This document shows positions 31,107 through 51,928 of a stretch of DNA of 64,000 nucleotides, in pieces. The stretch lies in the NCBI RefSeq assembly GCF_009914755.1, contig NC_060926.1, one strand, 5' to 3'. Source of the DNA: the human T2T-CHM13v2.0 reference genome, Homo sapiens. Below the pieces are notes generated by a model. The model made no database searches. It saw nothing but the letters and a program-made list of their open reading frames with translations, and was not told the DNA's origin. The number at the start of each line of letters is the position of its first letter. Position 1 is the stretch's first letter. The position numbers and the translations under genes are program-made.

Positions 31107-32029
31107 TGAATTAAAATGCAAGCCAATTAAATGCTGTCTAAGACTATGGAGGGAACAAAGTTTTGAGGGCACACGTTGTCCACAAATCACCACTTTGACC
31201 CAGAAAGGAGGGACAACGTTCAGTTTTGATATGGGTTCACATTGCTATGTGATGCACATTTCTCCCTCTACTTTGAAGGGTCACATGAAAATGGTTTCTT
31301 GTTCTCTCCTGATCCCTATAGTGCCCTGGAAAAAATATCTAAGTAAACATGTTGGTTTTTAAAAAATGTTCATGTCAGGTTTTTTTCATAATGTAATTGG
31401 ATAAGATTTCCATGCCCCCAAGTTAGAGCATTCCTTCTTAGACCTGATCCTCAGAAGAATGCAGACAGATTTATATTGCCTGGGGGGGGGGTGGTCTGGA
31501 ACTGGGGTAGGTCCTTGTTCCATGAAGTCCATCATTTCCATAATCAAGTTTGTACTGCCGTTGAATTCTTAGTACCAGTTATTAACACTTGGCCTGCAGG
31601 TTTAAAGGCCAAGACTTTATCCCGGAGTTTGAGAGTTTCCTGAATTTGTCCCTATCTACTTTTCAACCTTTACCCTCAATGCCTGACAAAGAATTCCCAG
31701 CTAAAGTGCATGTCATATGGGATATGCACTGTTCTCTAAATAGATCTTGGCATTCAGTCGTTCGTTTATTCAACAAGTATTTATCCAGTGCTTATTGTTG
31801 CTATGACCAAGACCGTGTGACAACAGCTTTCAAGGTACTTAAAATTTCTCTTTGTTCTTTTTAAACTCAGTGTCCCAAGTCTCTCTGAGCCTGAGTGTTA
31901 TTCTTTGTTTTGAGGCCAACACAAATTCCATCTCTTTGTGAGATACTCCTGGCTCATTTCACTTTAAGTTTATGCCTACAAATTTCTATCAATTTCAACC
32001 TCAATCCTGCATTTCTCTGGTAATTTACA

Positions 32030-33595
<1,566 letters not shown>

Positions 33596-33858
33596 GGATG
33601 TTCCAGGCATTAGTGATCTTGCCTTTCCCTAAAGGGCTGTTGCAATTTTAAATCTGCACATTTGGCAGGAAGCCCTGCCTTGCTTTATTGTGTATGTGTT
33701 TGTCTCTATGTTTTCTTTGCCAGGTCAGTGTCAGATAGCACAAGACAGGGACTGTGCTTCATGCCCTGTCATGCTTTTGCACAGCAGTGCTCTGACCAGT
33801 AAGTGTTCAGTATGTGGATGTTAATGTGGTTGTGGCTTAGGTTTTCCTTCTGATGTAA

Positions 33859-34410
<552 letters not shown>

Positions 34411-37172
34411 GAGTCCTCAATAATTCTTAAGAGTGGAAAGAGTTCCTGAGACTAAGGCATTTGAGAACTGCTGTGGTAGAGGCAGTGAGGGTGGGAACAG
34501 GACGTGGCTGTGTCTCATTCTCCTGGGGGATGACAATTTAGAGGAGACTTGTTGATTTGGAAGACAGTCACTATGGACAGCGTTGGAGAGTTCTACACTT
34601 TCTGACTGGTCCACGAAAGACTAGATGTTGTGAGTCAAATGGGCCAGAGTGCTGTTTCTCTCTTCACATACTTTAGGTTACCAAAACAACATAAATGCCC
34701 ATTTTTGAGTATTTCACTGTAGAATGGAGAGAAGCTTCCTTCTGGTATCTCACGTCATCTTCTCCTGTCTCCCCTGATTATCAGTTGTACTCACTTCTTT
34801 GTGCTTCACATACAGTGTATTTGACTCGAAACTTCACAGGCTGAAGCACCTGGATCGTTTTGGTGCCTTTAGCCCTCTCTCCCTGTTGGAGTGTGGGCTT
34901 CTGCAGAGCAGGCACTATGCCCAGCCCACTGGATCCAGGCAGAGCCACCCTGGCATCTGGTCTAGTGCAGAGGGGGCCTTCAGAGCATGTTTGCTGACTG
35001 AATGAGTAAATATAGAAAGGTAATGCTATTTAGGGTAAAGATGAGACTGTTCTGTGAGTCTGTTACTTAATCCCTTATGCTGCATGCTCTTTCCTCCCAC
35101 TCAGAGGCAGCTGTTTGAGGAGCACAGATCTCTCTGTCTTCTACAAGCCGAGAAGCAAATGGGAATTGTTGACGAAGCCCTGGTCTGGAGTTAGGAGGTC
35201 AGGCGTCTAGTCCAACCTTGCCTCTAACTAGCTGTATGCCATCAGGTCTGTAAAGTGCCTCCCGATCATTACTTACAGATAGACACTCAGATGGACATAT
35301 GTCCTCTGAATGCAGAAACAGTCACATGGACAAACTCCTTGACCCCTGGCTTATGAGAAATGCTCAAGCACCAGGGTGATGAATTTGATGTGAGAAAGGC
35401 TTTTATTTTACACTCCAGAGGCAGGACAATTTTAAAATACCATCCACCATGGGCCTATATTCTTTAGGTGATATTGAGTGATCATTGAGAAGCAAAACAA
35501 GATACAGAGAGGGACTGAGAAACTAGAATGTGTCTCACCTTGCCCTCAATCAATGAGATTCACGCATTCATTTCTCAAATATGTATTGCTCACTATGTGC
35601 CCATGTACCAAGATTGGTGTGGGACTTGGGTGATCACAGTGTGATCAGGTTATGCGGGGTCCTCGCCCTTTCTGGGGCTCAGTTTCCTTGTTTCTAAAAT
35701 TAAAACTTAGAAAAGATGTTCTTTAAGAGCCTTTCCAGATTGGAACCTCTGTGATTTTCCTCAGCCGTGGAAGCAGTCCCTTGCTTCTTGTTTATGTATC
35801 TATTAAAATCTTGGGTAACAGAATTTAACCATTTTTTGAGATTTAACCACATTTAAGCCCTTCAAAACTTCATGCTTTCCCAGAAGATGAATCGTGAGAT
35901 ACTCCAGTGTATCTGGATGGGGGAAAAAGAACAAATGTCTTGGGAAATTTGAAGATCTCTGTGTCTGTGCACAAGTCTCTTTCACTCAGCATTAAACCGT
36001 CTCTAAGTAGGAAACATCAAATTTCTCCCATCTCGGAAACTCATCCGTGTCTCCACATGTGGCTTCGTTTTTGAGAGACTGATTAATTTTTCATGCCTGT
36101 GATTCCCTGGCTTAGCCCCATGCAAGGACATGACTGCTAAAGGCCTGTCATAAATCTAATTATTTTTTACAAGTTCTATTATATGAGCAGCTGTGATGCT
36201 GTGGATGGGGCTGCTCACTAGTTCTGATGGCAAAGCGCAGGACACTCTCTGTCCTCTTCAGGGCCCTTTTCTCCCCTTTTCTTTTCCATGGCTTTGCCAT
36301 GTTCTACCCTTCTTAGCACGGTCGATATAATCCAAGGTCACCTATTCCTGAAACAGCATAGAGATTTATGAAGCAGGAAAAGATAGCAAAGGGCTCCTGA
36401 TTTGATACATCTCAGGAAAGAATCCAGTTGCAAAAAATGAGTTTAGTTTCACCTTAAAAGAAAAAGAAATGTTTAATATAAGGAAAGTTGATTCCCAGGG
36501 TTTGATTCAAGTCTGTCAGCTACAGTAGCTGAGACTTCAAGGTCTCAGGAGGAAGGAGAGCTCTAGAGATCTGAGCTGCATCACTATGCTTTCAAAGGAA
36601 GATGCAAACCCCTAAGGCCGGAACATGTCAAGATAAATTTTCTCTGCTTTGAAAAGAGAAACAGTTTCTCTTTTCAGTGAATGTTTGATACTCTCGAGGC
36701 CCCGATTCCCTTAGTTCAATGCCAACATTTTTCTTGTATTAATCTTATTTTCTCTCTCACATTTAGGTTGTAAGTCCCTTGTTCTTAGCCCAGTACATAG
36801 CACAGAGAAAGCCCTTAAATGAAGAATGAATGTCTGGCTCTGTTCTCTAATATGGGGTCCTATGTCATGCTAGCAGGAAATGCTTGTTTTTACAGTGCTC
36901 AATTTAGGCATATTTATTCTCCTACTGGTAGTTTCTAGGGATTAACCAAAGACCAAAACCTGCCTACTCAAGCCAAAGGGCCTGACAGTCACATCTTGAA
37001 GCTCTGACACTGCCCAATGGGGGGACCAATCGCCTTTCGTGGAAATATTTCCTCTTCACCCACTTATCAAAGATTTATTAATGACCTATTGTGGGCAAGG
37101 AACTCTACAGGTCTCCAGGGATATAATGTTAGGTAAGCCATGGTCCTTCTCCCATGAAGTGGGGGTGATAAA

Positions 37173-37365
37173 GTAGAGTTACCTGCTTTAAAAAAAAAAG
37201 TGTGCTGAATTGTGTTTTTATTTCAGATAAGCTAGGAATAATTTTTTTAGTATATTTATAGTAGAATCATGCTCCTTGCAATATGTGGGCCATACTTATA
37301 CTACAGAATTATTCCTAGTCTATCTGAAATTCAAATTTAACTGGGTATCCTGTATTTTATTCATG
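37173..37365. mobile_element. MER53 (palindromic hAT MITE)
   Basis: tttcagataa..aataattttttagtata..catacttatacta..aattattc..tatctgaaattcaaatttaactgggtatcctgtatttt. Confidence 0.82.
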
Positions 37366-37493
37366 TGTTACAGTGGCACCCACTGTCGTAGTCAGACTGT
37401 TGTCTGAGTTCAGGAGAGATAACCTAATTCTGCCTGAGCAAGGCAGGGCAAATTTCTCAGTGGTATTGGAAGAGTAGGGATTAGCTCATTTAA

Positions 37494-37829
<336 letters not shown>

Positions 37830-38469
37830 TATGCCATTTTTAAGCTGGGAAAACTGAGAGCCAGAGGTTAAGTAGCTTGCCTAAGGTCAGTTAGCTAGTA
37901 AGTGTCTGTGCTGGCATTTGAACCTAGGCAGACTAAGCTATTAGCACACATGTAACCACTATGCTATCCTTATATTGCTACTTCTAATAATTTATTTATG
38001 TGATTTGCTGTACAAACCGTTTTCATATTTCTTGGCTTAAGTCTTTCACGTGATCCACACAGGGACTGAGAAACTCAGTAATGAATGCCACTTTGCCTTC
38101 AGTCAATGCGATTTATGTATTCATTCAGCACATGTTTATTAAGCATTCTGGGCTTTATGACCATATTGTCAGATTTGGTATCATGCTCTCTTTGGTATAA
38201 ATTGGGACACATAGATTAGGTAAATTGCCTTTAATATTAAATATGTCATCTGGGCCAGCCCTGGAACTCCTAGACCACCTCCTGGGTCTATGACAGAACC
38301 CAGTTCTGCTTGGTGGGTATCTATTTCTCATTCAATAAAATGAGGAAAAATGAAAATAAATTCATACTATGACATGATGATCTTATCATCCATGTCAAGT
38401 ATAGAAATACCATCCTTTTAGGTCTTTGAAAACAAAAGTGACCTTCCTATTGGGAGAATGTGTTATAGT

Positions 38470-38655
38470 ATGTGGGTCTCACCCTTGAGTGGCCATCAGA
38501 GTCCCTTAGGGGCTTGTGGAACACAGACGGCCCGGCCCCACCCCCGAGTTTCTGATGCAGCAGGTCTGGGGTGACCCTGAACATTTGCATTTCTAGCTAG
38601 TTCCCAGGAGATGCTAATGCTGCTGGTCCAGGGACCACCTGCGGAGAACCTCTGG
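38470..38655 (-). mobile_element. MER5A
   Basis: ggccccacccccgagtttctgat..atttgcatttcta..gttcccagg.gatgct.atgctgctggtccagggaccac. Confidence 0.88.
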
Positions 38656-39060
38656 CACAGCAATGGGAAGGGTGAAATCAGAAAGCCTGGGGTCAGTGTC
38701 CAGCTTCCAGCCTTGAACAAGGCCAAGTTATAGAGCCTGACGGAGTCTGTTTCTTCATCCAGTTAGGCTCTTGGAGCCCTTCTGAGAATGAAATGGCATA
38801 AGGTAAAATAATAGTTATTTTTCTTGCTCTTCTGCTTTGGAGATACTACAATTGTGCTTCAGTGACACACACAGCATCATGGATTGCCTGTCTTGATTGC
38901 TTCTGCAGGTCTCAGCTGAGAAAAGGCTCCTGACTGATGGATGATGTGGGGGAGTGCAGGAATCCTATTTAGCTTGATGCTCAGCCCAGAGATGCCCGTG
39001 GTGAGGTGAGATGCACATTGGGGTCCTGCAGGCTGTCCCTGGGCCGTAGGACTACACCCT

Positions 39061-39300
39061 TGTCTTTACTTGGTTTTCCCGGAAGCAGAGCCTGAGACAA
39101 GGTGCAGTTTGTTTAGGAGGCGATCCCAGAAAATGCTGGCGGGAGAGCGGGAAGGGAAGCCAGGAGGGAAAAGAGGCATTAAGAACTCCTCCATAAGGCC
39201 AGTTATCACAGTGGGCATGGTGGCCTGGTCCGGCTGGGGGAGCTCTGGCTTTCTTTGGAGGCTTCTCTGGGGATCTTTATCTGTCACTCCTGCTGCCTGA
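39061..39300 (-). mobile_element. LTR33-like ERVL LTR fragment
   Basis: tgtct..ggttttcccggaagcagagcctgagacaagg..tttaggaggcgatcccagaaa. Confidence 0.65.
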
Positions 39301-39429
39301 GAAAGCTCTCAGGTGGGAGGTAGTTTAGCTAATGCAGGCAGCCCCAGGGCCTGGGGTCCAGAGATGCCCATGGCAATCTCCTCCATCCTCAGGCCTCTAG
39401 CCAAAGCTCTAAGGCACCCACTGTTAGTG

Positions 39430-40460
39430 GCCATATGCCATGCGCTTCACGTGCTCCAGGCAGAGACGAGCTCAAGAGCCTCTGGTCTCTGCTGCGGGTG
39501 GCGAGGGGCGGCTGGAACAGCATACTTCAGTCGTTCCGTGTCAGCCTCCACCCCTGGTAGCACCAGAGCCTCCCAGGCGTCCCCGCAGTCCGAGCCAGCC
39601 TTAGCACCCAGCGCTTTCTTGCTGTCGCCTGGTTGTTCCCGCGGCGGCCGAGCTCAGCACCTCTCACACTCCCTGCCTCTCGAGGACTCTGCTTGTTCCT
39701 CATCACAGCACGGTTGCTCTCGCACCCAAGGCGGTGTCCCCCCAGCGCCTCACCACGATCGCGGCAGAGATCTCCTGCAGGGCGTCCGGGCCTTGGGAAG
39801 GCATCGCCATCTCCCGCAGCGCCCTCCCGGACTAGCGCAGCAGGCTGGCATCGCTTCCTGAGGTTTGGCCCCAAGTTTTACGGCTTAATGAGGCACATAA
39901 ATAGATAAATTGTCTTCATCACGTCAGCGATTGCTTTCACTTGGCAGGAGACCCACATATTATTGCACCTTTGGGATTCCCCTTCCTAATTCGGAGGCAA
40001 TCACCATTATTCACATTTTATGAAATAAGAAGCACAAGCTCAGAGGGGGTTCAGAGAAGTTTAAACATGTACACAGTGGTTAAATGGTTAGGTTAAGATG
40101 ACCATTGAACATTTAAGTTTAATGATTTATAAAACCATATAGACAGCGTGGGCATGTGATCTGTGAGCCGTGGTCCCCACGGAAGCGGTGAGAACGCACC
40201 TGGCCGGCTCAGCCACACGGCACGGTGGCCTAGGCCCTGCTGCGGGCTCTGGATCCAGCGGTCACGGTTTCACTGAGAGGGCGCCTCCCAGGGGCTGCTC
40301 CGGCCCAGGGCAGGGCATTGCAGGGGTGATGGGACAGCCCTGCTTTTGAGAGGCGCGGCACTCTGCCAAGGGCCACCCCTGGTAGCCCTGCCCAGCCTCC
40401 CTGGGAGCACACAGCTGTCTAGGATGCTTCTGGGCATCCTTTCCCTCCGTTCCACTCAGG
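39430..40460. promoter_or_regulatory. GC/CpG-rich unique segment, candidate promoter or enhancer
   Basis: Dense retained CpGs at 39440-39860 and 40146-40360; E-box CACGTG ~39449; GC box GGGGCGG ~39505; NotI-like GCGGCGGCCG. Confidence 0.55.
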
Positions 40461-40624
40461 GTCTGTGGTGCTCCACAGGGAGTCTCCAAAATGGCCCTAA
40501 TAACCTAAAGACCCCCACCTCCTGCTCTCCACATCCTGAGTGGGCCCCTCCTATTTTTTACCGGAGCAAATCTGTGTGAGTGTGAATAAATTATCTGTGT
40601 GAATGGAATTCAGAAGAAGTAATG

Positions 40625-40930
40625 ATTCGTGACTTTTGAGATTAGGTTTATAAGGGACTACAGCTTTCATGTTGGGCTGTCTCTCTGTCTATCTCTGTCT
40701 CTCTCTTTCTCACCTCTTTCTCTTCTCTCTCTCTTTCTTCCTGTCTATGTCTCAGATCACTTGCTCAGGGGCAAGCAAGTGGCCATGTTTGAAGTGCACT
40801 CAAGCAGCTCTGTGGAGATGCTCACATAGTAAGAACTAAATAAGGCTTTCAGTGCCACTGAGACCAGCCAGCAATCACATGAATGAGTTTGGAAGGGGTA
40901 CAGGAGCCTTCAAATGAGGCTTGATTGCAA
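40625..40930 (+). mobile_element. MLT1 (MaLR) LTR fragment
   Basis: gtgactt..gagattaggt..cagatcacttgctc..ggccatgtt..cactcaagcagc..tgtggaga..ccagccagcaa..atgagtttggaag. Confidence 0.7.
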
Positions 40931-41039
40931 ATTATAATTATTGTTTTTATTTATTTATTTTTTTAGCAATTGTATGTTACCATATGGGTAGAATTGGGTT
41001 TTGCGTTGTTATATAATCTAAACATCTTTTTTATTTAAT

Positions 41040-41116
41040 AGGTGAATTAACTTGATAAGTGTTTAACAGGTGAATTAACTTGATAATTAACTTGATAAGG
41101 TGAATTAACTTGATAA
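41040..41116. repeat. Complex perfect tandem repeat of AGGTGAATTAACTTGATAA
   Basis: Copies at 41040-41058, 41068-41086 and 41098-41116, plus a partial copy at 41087-41097. Confidence 0.95.
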
Positions 41117-41127
41117 TGTGTTTGCTT

Positions 41128-42717
<1,590 letters not shown>

Positions 42718-43724
42718 TACTGGCTCTTAGTTCTGTCCTTTCATTTGATACTAGCTACTTTGATAGTTATTCTTCAGGTTGTTCACTATATTGTTGGTTT
42801 TCTCTCTTTTGTGTGTGTGTGTGTGTGCGTTTGATGTTCAGGAATGCTTGTGTTTGTGTTGTGGTGTCTAGCCTTATATTTATACCGTTATGTAATAACT
42901 TTAATCCTCTTTTCCTTTAGTGGTACCTTATTCCCACCTAAAATGTGCAATATAATTACTGTTTTCTCTTTCCTTCTATCTCTCCTCTACTACCAAATAT
43001 TACCCAGTACTACCTTTCTTAGTATTTATTTTTGTACTGTTAAATATGCTTAGACTTTTATTACATGGTTTGTTGGCTTTAAATAAAATCCTCTGACTCT
43101 CAGCTATTACTTATAAATCCTGCAATACATTTCTTTCTCTTCTGCATTGGCGCCCATCCACACCCACTTTTTTCCCCCTTTTCCCCCAAGTTTTTGTCAG
43201 CATGTATAATATTTACATATTATTTTCTCACTTCAACTTCTGAAACCCAGAGGTTTCAGCCTCAGTAGTAAAGTTAAATATATTTGATACTGATCGCCAG
43301 TCCTTTTGCCCAAATCTCCCCCATCAGCTCTTGCTTGACTACTGTTCGGTCTTCTGGAAGAGTCTTTAAAAAGGCTCGTGGGAATATTGTTTGAGCTTTT
43401 TCATGTTTAAAACAATTTATCTGTAGCTTTTATTTTTGAGAGCAGCTTAGATGGCTCTTGGGTCACATTTTCTTCCTTTGGGTATCTTATAGGTGTTGTT
43501 TTACTATCATTTAGCATTCAGTCTTTTTGTGACCAGACACATGTGTTCCTTTATAAGTGATTTGTGTGTGTGTGTGTGTGCCTTTTACTATGACATGCTT
43601 CAGTGTTGACTATTCTGGATTAATATTTTCCTAGCAAACCATGATCCTTACATAGATATTAGTTTTCTTTAATTGCAGGAACCTTTCTTGAATTATATAT
43701 TTAAATTGTGTGTTTCTGTGTGTG

Positions 43725-45684
<1,960 letters not shown>

Positions 45685-46124
45685 ATGCTTCAATGTTGAC
45701 CACTCTGGGCTCATTTTTTCCCAGTGAACAATAAGCCTTATACAGATGCCAGTCCTCTTGAATTTCAGGAACATTTCTTGATTTCAATATTTAAATTTTT
45801 CTGTGGTTTATTGTTTTGGTTTTCTTCTTTGGGAAAAAAATAAATTTCTTTAGTCATCTTCATGTGTCTTCCAGTTATTCTATTTTTCTCTGTAATTCGT
45901 TTAATTTTCTGACATATCCATTTCATTGTATTCTCTTTTCTCATTTGTAACCATATATATATACATTTCTAATGTTTTTTCTTAAAATGTCTGATCTCCT
46001 TATGTGTCATTTAATTTTGTGTTTAAATTTGTAGCAAGTCTTTTCTTTTACTACTTTGTGGATATCTTCCCTGAAATCTTGCATTTCTGTTTCTGGTTTT
46101 TCTTTCTAAAGTTAATTGCTTTGA

Positions 46125-46447
<323 letters not shown>

Positions 46448-46574
46448 TAAAATATTTATTCTTATAATATCTTTATATCGGTGTTATGTAGTTCTTTTGA
46501 AAAATTTTATTTTTCTACATATCCATAAAACTATTGAACTAATTGGCTTTTTATGAGCCAGCTATTTGCAGGAG

Positions 46575-46575
<1 letters not shown>

Positions 46576-46618
<43 letters not shown>
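46576..46618. repeat. (TG)n microsatellite, about 21 units
   Basis: Read directly from the sequence. Confidence 0.97.
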
Positions 46619-46621
<3 letters not shown>

Positions 46622-47182
46622 GAGCGTTGAGAACTGGAGGGAGGGAAGGGGAAGACCAGGTTGGTTTCCTAAGCTTCACAATTCAAAGGCTCTCTCACTT
46701 CTCCCACCAAAAACAAAGATTGCTTCTGCATCTATTGATCGGGCATATGATTCTTTCCTCTGCTTCTATGAATCAAACATAGTCTAGCAATGTTTCTTCT
46801 ACTGGCTGTACTTACTCCAATATCTCCAGCCATTGCTACAAAGGATGAATATAGTCTTTCCCTTCTAGAGTGAGCCACTTACATCTATAGCATAGCATAT
46901 ATTTTTAATGGTACATTCTGAGTTGTGCCTTTGCAGGGTCCCTTATCACCTGCTCATTATTTTTCTGTCTCCTTCCACATGACATGTGTTTTGATATTTT
47001 AGCATCTGGAAATTATTTCTATTTTTCATTCTCCATTTGCTTTTGTTTAATTTCCAAGCAGAGAGGAAAAGTATGCAGACTTATGTATCTATGTAGTGGA
47101 AGTGCTCACTGACATCTCCTGAGTAGTCTTCTTTGTAATTAACAACATAGGTTAGCAAGATGACTAAGTGAGATGAGACTAA

Positions 47183-47511
<329 letters not shown>

Positions 47512-47876
47512 CTGTGCGTTTAATTTCTTGCGACTAGCTGGTTGGTCAGTGAGACCACTTAGCTAGCAAAAATAAGTAAACTAGTCTGACAAAATTGTTC
47601 TAATATGCACAATCCAAAAATATTTCCACAAAAATGAGTATTTTTATTTACTAATTCAGTTGAACAGCAGCAACAACAATAATAATAAAACACCAGGGGC
47701 AGTTGACAAAATTACAATCTGAGGATTTTACTTTTGAATTTATGACCATAGTCATCCTTCTGCATTTTGTCATAATTTCTTACATTCATGAAAGATGATA
47801 AAAACCGATTTGAATGCAGTTTGTTAATGTCATGAAATATTATTTTAGAGAAACATTAAATCACATCTAGTGCCAC

Positions 47877-48510
47877 TGCTATGGTTGGAATGTGTCCCCT
47901 TCAAAATTCAAGTGTTGAAACTTACTGGCCAATGTGATAGTATTAAGAGGTGAGGCCTTCAAGAGGTGATTAGGCCATGAGGGCTTTTCCTTTGTGAAAA
48001 GGATTAAGGTCCTTATAAAAGAGACTTCGTGTAGCATTTGGCTCTCTTGCCTTCTTGCCTTCAGCCTCCAGAACTTTGAGAAAATAAATTTGTTCTTTCA
48101 TTTTTTGATGTTATGACTTTGGATTTCTATTCTTTATAAATTACCTAGTCAGTGGTGTTCTTTTTTTTATTTTTTTAAAGAGACACAGAGTCTTACTCTG
48201 TTGCCTAGGCTGGAATGCAGCAACATGATCATAGCTCACTATAGCCTCAAATTCCTGGTTTCAAGTGACCCTCCCACCTCAGCCTCCCGTGAAGCTGGGA
48301 CTACAGACATATGCCACTGCACCCAGCTAATCTTGTAAGTTGTTGTTGTTTAGTAGAGGTGGAGTCTCACTAAGTTGCCCAGGCTGGTCTCAAACTCCTG
48401 GGCTCAAGTAATGCTCTTGCCTTGGCCTCCCAAAGTGTGAGGATTGTAGACATGAACACCTAGCCTAGGTCTGTGGTATTCTATTATAGCAGCACAAACA
48501 GACTAAGACA
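47877..48510 (+). mobile_element. MSTB/MSTC-type MaLR LTR with an AluJ (48151-48465, -) inside
   Basis: tgctatggttggaatgtgtcccc..caaaattca.gtgttgaaactta..; ends tatagcagcacaaacagactaagaca. Confidence 0.82.
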
Positions 48511-49576
48511 GAAGCTCACTAAACATACTTCTATTAAGGCTGTTTTGGCTAATCTTTTGCCATTTTTTTTTAAGTAGTGCAACTTGGCTAAAAACATTGT
48601 CAAAGTGCTTTGAGGGTATTAGATTCAAATTCTGTTTGCATAGTTTTATTGTGTTTGGGCCCTAGAAGTAAAGCTTACTCAGTAGAAGGATGTTTTCCAG
48701 TACAAAGAGTTGAATTTTGGGCTCCATGGTAGCATGGTAATAAAAAGTTATGGCATTAAATACAGTCCTAGGAGTTGCTTTTCGATTTTTGGCCAAACCC
48801 AAAGATGCAGATTATAACTTATGTCTTCATCACTTCTTTGGAAGCTCGTGAGTCCCTTCCACAAATATTTCCACAGTAAATGGAAATCTGTCCTCCATAA
48901 TAGCATACCTGTGGTCAGATCTTATGGTATTTGGAAGATAATTTTTTTAAAATTCTTTGCAAACTAAAAGAGACAGACCTTTTGGGTAAATTTTTATGTC
49001 TTCTTAGAAATAGGTATCATAATTTTTGGTCCAGGAATGTAGATAATGTCAACTTTCTAGAACCCAGATTCTTTGTTTTTCAAATGACAGAGACTAGATG
49101 AATTGCTTTTTAATGCCTCTCAAGTTGTTAACTGAAAGGTGGGTGTAGAGCTATCTCAGAACACAATAGTTTTGAGGAATAACTTTTGAAAGTCATTGGG
49201 TAGGATGACCACCTATGCCCCATTTGCTTGTGCTAACTTTTTCTTTTGAACACTTATTCAGGGATGAGCAATATTGGGGCAAAATAGAGATTATTAGGCA
49301 GATATTATTATCTACTCTCAGATAACTCTACTATTTGTGATTACATGATTTTAATTTTATTCATTTAGGTAGTTAAAAAAAAATTAAAGTTTTTTCTACT
49401 TAAACTACAATTACTCCCAGAAGGGATTATGCCTTAAGCTTCTGTTACTGAAGGCTTTTATTATAATTTAGTACTTTAGACCAAAATTATTGGCATTCAA
49501 TTTTACAAGACTGTTGTGGTTCAGAGATTGTGTCTTATAAATATAGGGAGTGGGGTGGGGAGGAATAGGGAGTTGA

Positions 49577-49928
<352 letters not shown>

Positions 49929-49989
49929 TATAAATATTCTTTACCAAGTTAAGAAAGTTTGTTTTTATTTCTAGTTTGCTGATGATTTT

Positions 49990-51415
49990 TAATTGATATG
50001 TAACATTTGTACATCTGATATTCTGTTACATGCATAAAATATGTAATGATCCAGTCAGGGTATTTGGGGTGTTCATCACCCTGAGTATTTATCATTTCTA
50101 TGTGCTGGGAACATTTCAGGTCTTCTCTTCTAGCTATTTTGAAATATACAATAAATTGTTATTAATCATAGTCACCCTACTCTGCTATTTAACATTAGAA
50201 CTTATTCCTTCTAACTATGTGTTTGTACCCATTAACCAATCTCTCTCTATTTCCCTCCACACCCCCTGCCACTACCCACACACCCTTCCCAGCCTCTGGT
50301 ATCTATCATTCTACTCTTTACCTTCATGAGAGCAACTGTTTTAGCTCCTACATATGAATAAGAACATGCGATGTTTGTCTTTATGTGCCTGACTTATTTC
50401 ACTTAACATAATGACCTCCAGTTCCACTCATGTTATTGCAAATGACATGATTTTATTCTTTTTAAGGCTGAATAGTATTCCATTGTGTATATGTACCACA
50501 TCTTCTTTATTCATTCATCCACTAATGGACATCTAAGTTGATTCTACGTCTTCGTTATTATGAATAGTGCTGCAATAAACACGGGAGTGCAGATATCCGT
50601 TTTATATGCTGATTTCCTCTCCTGTGGATAAATACCCAGTAGTGGGATTGCTGAATCATACAATAGTTCTCCTTTTAGTTTTTTGAGAAATCTCTGTACT
50701 GTTTTTCATAGTGGCTGTACTAATTTACATTCTCATCAACAGTGTTTGAGTTCCCTTTTCTTTGCATTCTTGGAGCATCTGTAAATTATTTTGTCTTTTT
50801 AATAATAGCCATCCTAATTGGGGTGAGATGCTTTCTCGTTTTAGTCTCGATTTGCATTTCCCTGATGATTAGTGATGTTGAACATTTTATCATAAACTTT
50901 CATAAACTCATTGCTGGCCATTTGTGTGCTTTCTTTTGAGAAATGTCTACTTATGTCTTTTGTCCCCTTTTTAATGGGATTTTCTTTCCCCACTGTTGAG
51001 TTGAGTTCCTTGTATAATCTGGATATTAGTCCCTTGTTGGATGAAAGGTTTGCAAATATTTTCTCCCGTTCAACTGGCTGTTTCTTCACTCTGTTGATTG
51101 TTTCCTTTGTTGTGCAGAAGTTTTTAGTTTAATGAAGTCCCATCATTCTATTGTCATTTTTGTTGCCTGTGCTTTTGAGGTCCTAGCCATAACATGTTTG
51201 CCTAGACTCAAGTCCTGAAGTGTTTCCCCTACGTTTTCTTCTAATCATTTTATAGTTTCGAGTCTTACATTTAAGTCTTTAATCCATTTTGAGTTGATTT
51301 TTGTATATGGTGAGAGAAAGGGGTCCAGTTTCATTCTTCTGCTTATGAATATCCAATTTTTACAGCACTGTTTATTGAAGAGTGTCCTTTCCCTGAGGTA
51401 TGTTCATGGTGCTTT
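49990..51415 (-). mobile_element. L1MA-type 3' portion
   Basis: tgtaatgatccagtcagggtatttgggg..ctagctattttgaaatatacaataaattgtt; reverse [27 protein letters not shown]. Confidence 0.88.
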
Positions 51416-51928
51416 TAAAAAAGGTGTTTGTTTTTACCAAGTGTTTTTGCTGCACTACTGATATGATCATGTCTTTTTCTTCTTTATTGTATTAATGTGG
51501 TAAGATACATTGTTTTATTTGCAAACGTCAAACCAACCTTACATTCCTTGAAAACTCCAACTGGTTGTGATTTTTAAAATTATTGCTAGGCTATATTTTC
51601 TAATATTTTCTTTGAGGTTTTTGCATCAATGTTCATGAAAAAGCTTGGTTGATAATTTTCATTTCATTTGATGTCCACAGATTTTGATATTCAAGTTTTC
51701 TCCTCATTTAATGAGTGGAATGCAGTCTTTCTTTTTATATTTTCTGGGAAATTTATGTAATATTTTTGTTATTTCTTTCATAAACATTTATAGGAATTCA
51801 CAGGTAGAGCCATCTAGGCCTAGGATTCCTTTGTTAGCAGGATTTAAATTCCATATTTGATTATCTAACTTTTTGTGTCCCTGATTATTTTATATAAATG
51901 CCAGATGAGTATGTATGCTATATATAAC

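Noticed and set aside
34562-34585. REST/NRSE-like motif (CACTATGGACAGCG)
   Set aside because: Only the right half-site matches; the TCAGCACC half is poor
39313-39861. 182-aa ORF in the GC-rich block (also 7532-7975, 147 aa)
   Set aside because: GTG starts, low-complexity Ala/Pro/Ser/Gly content, overlapping ORFs in other frames and no recognisable domain; expected from GC richness alone
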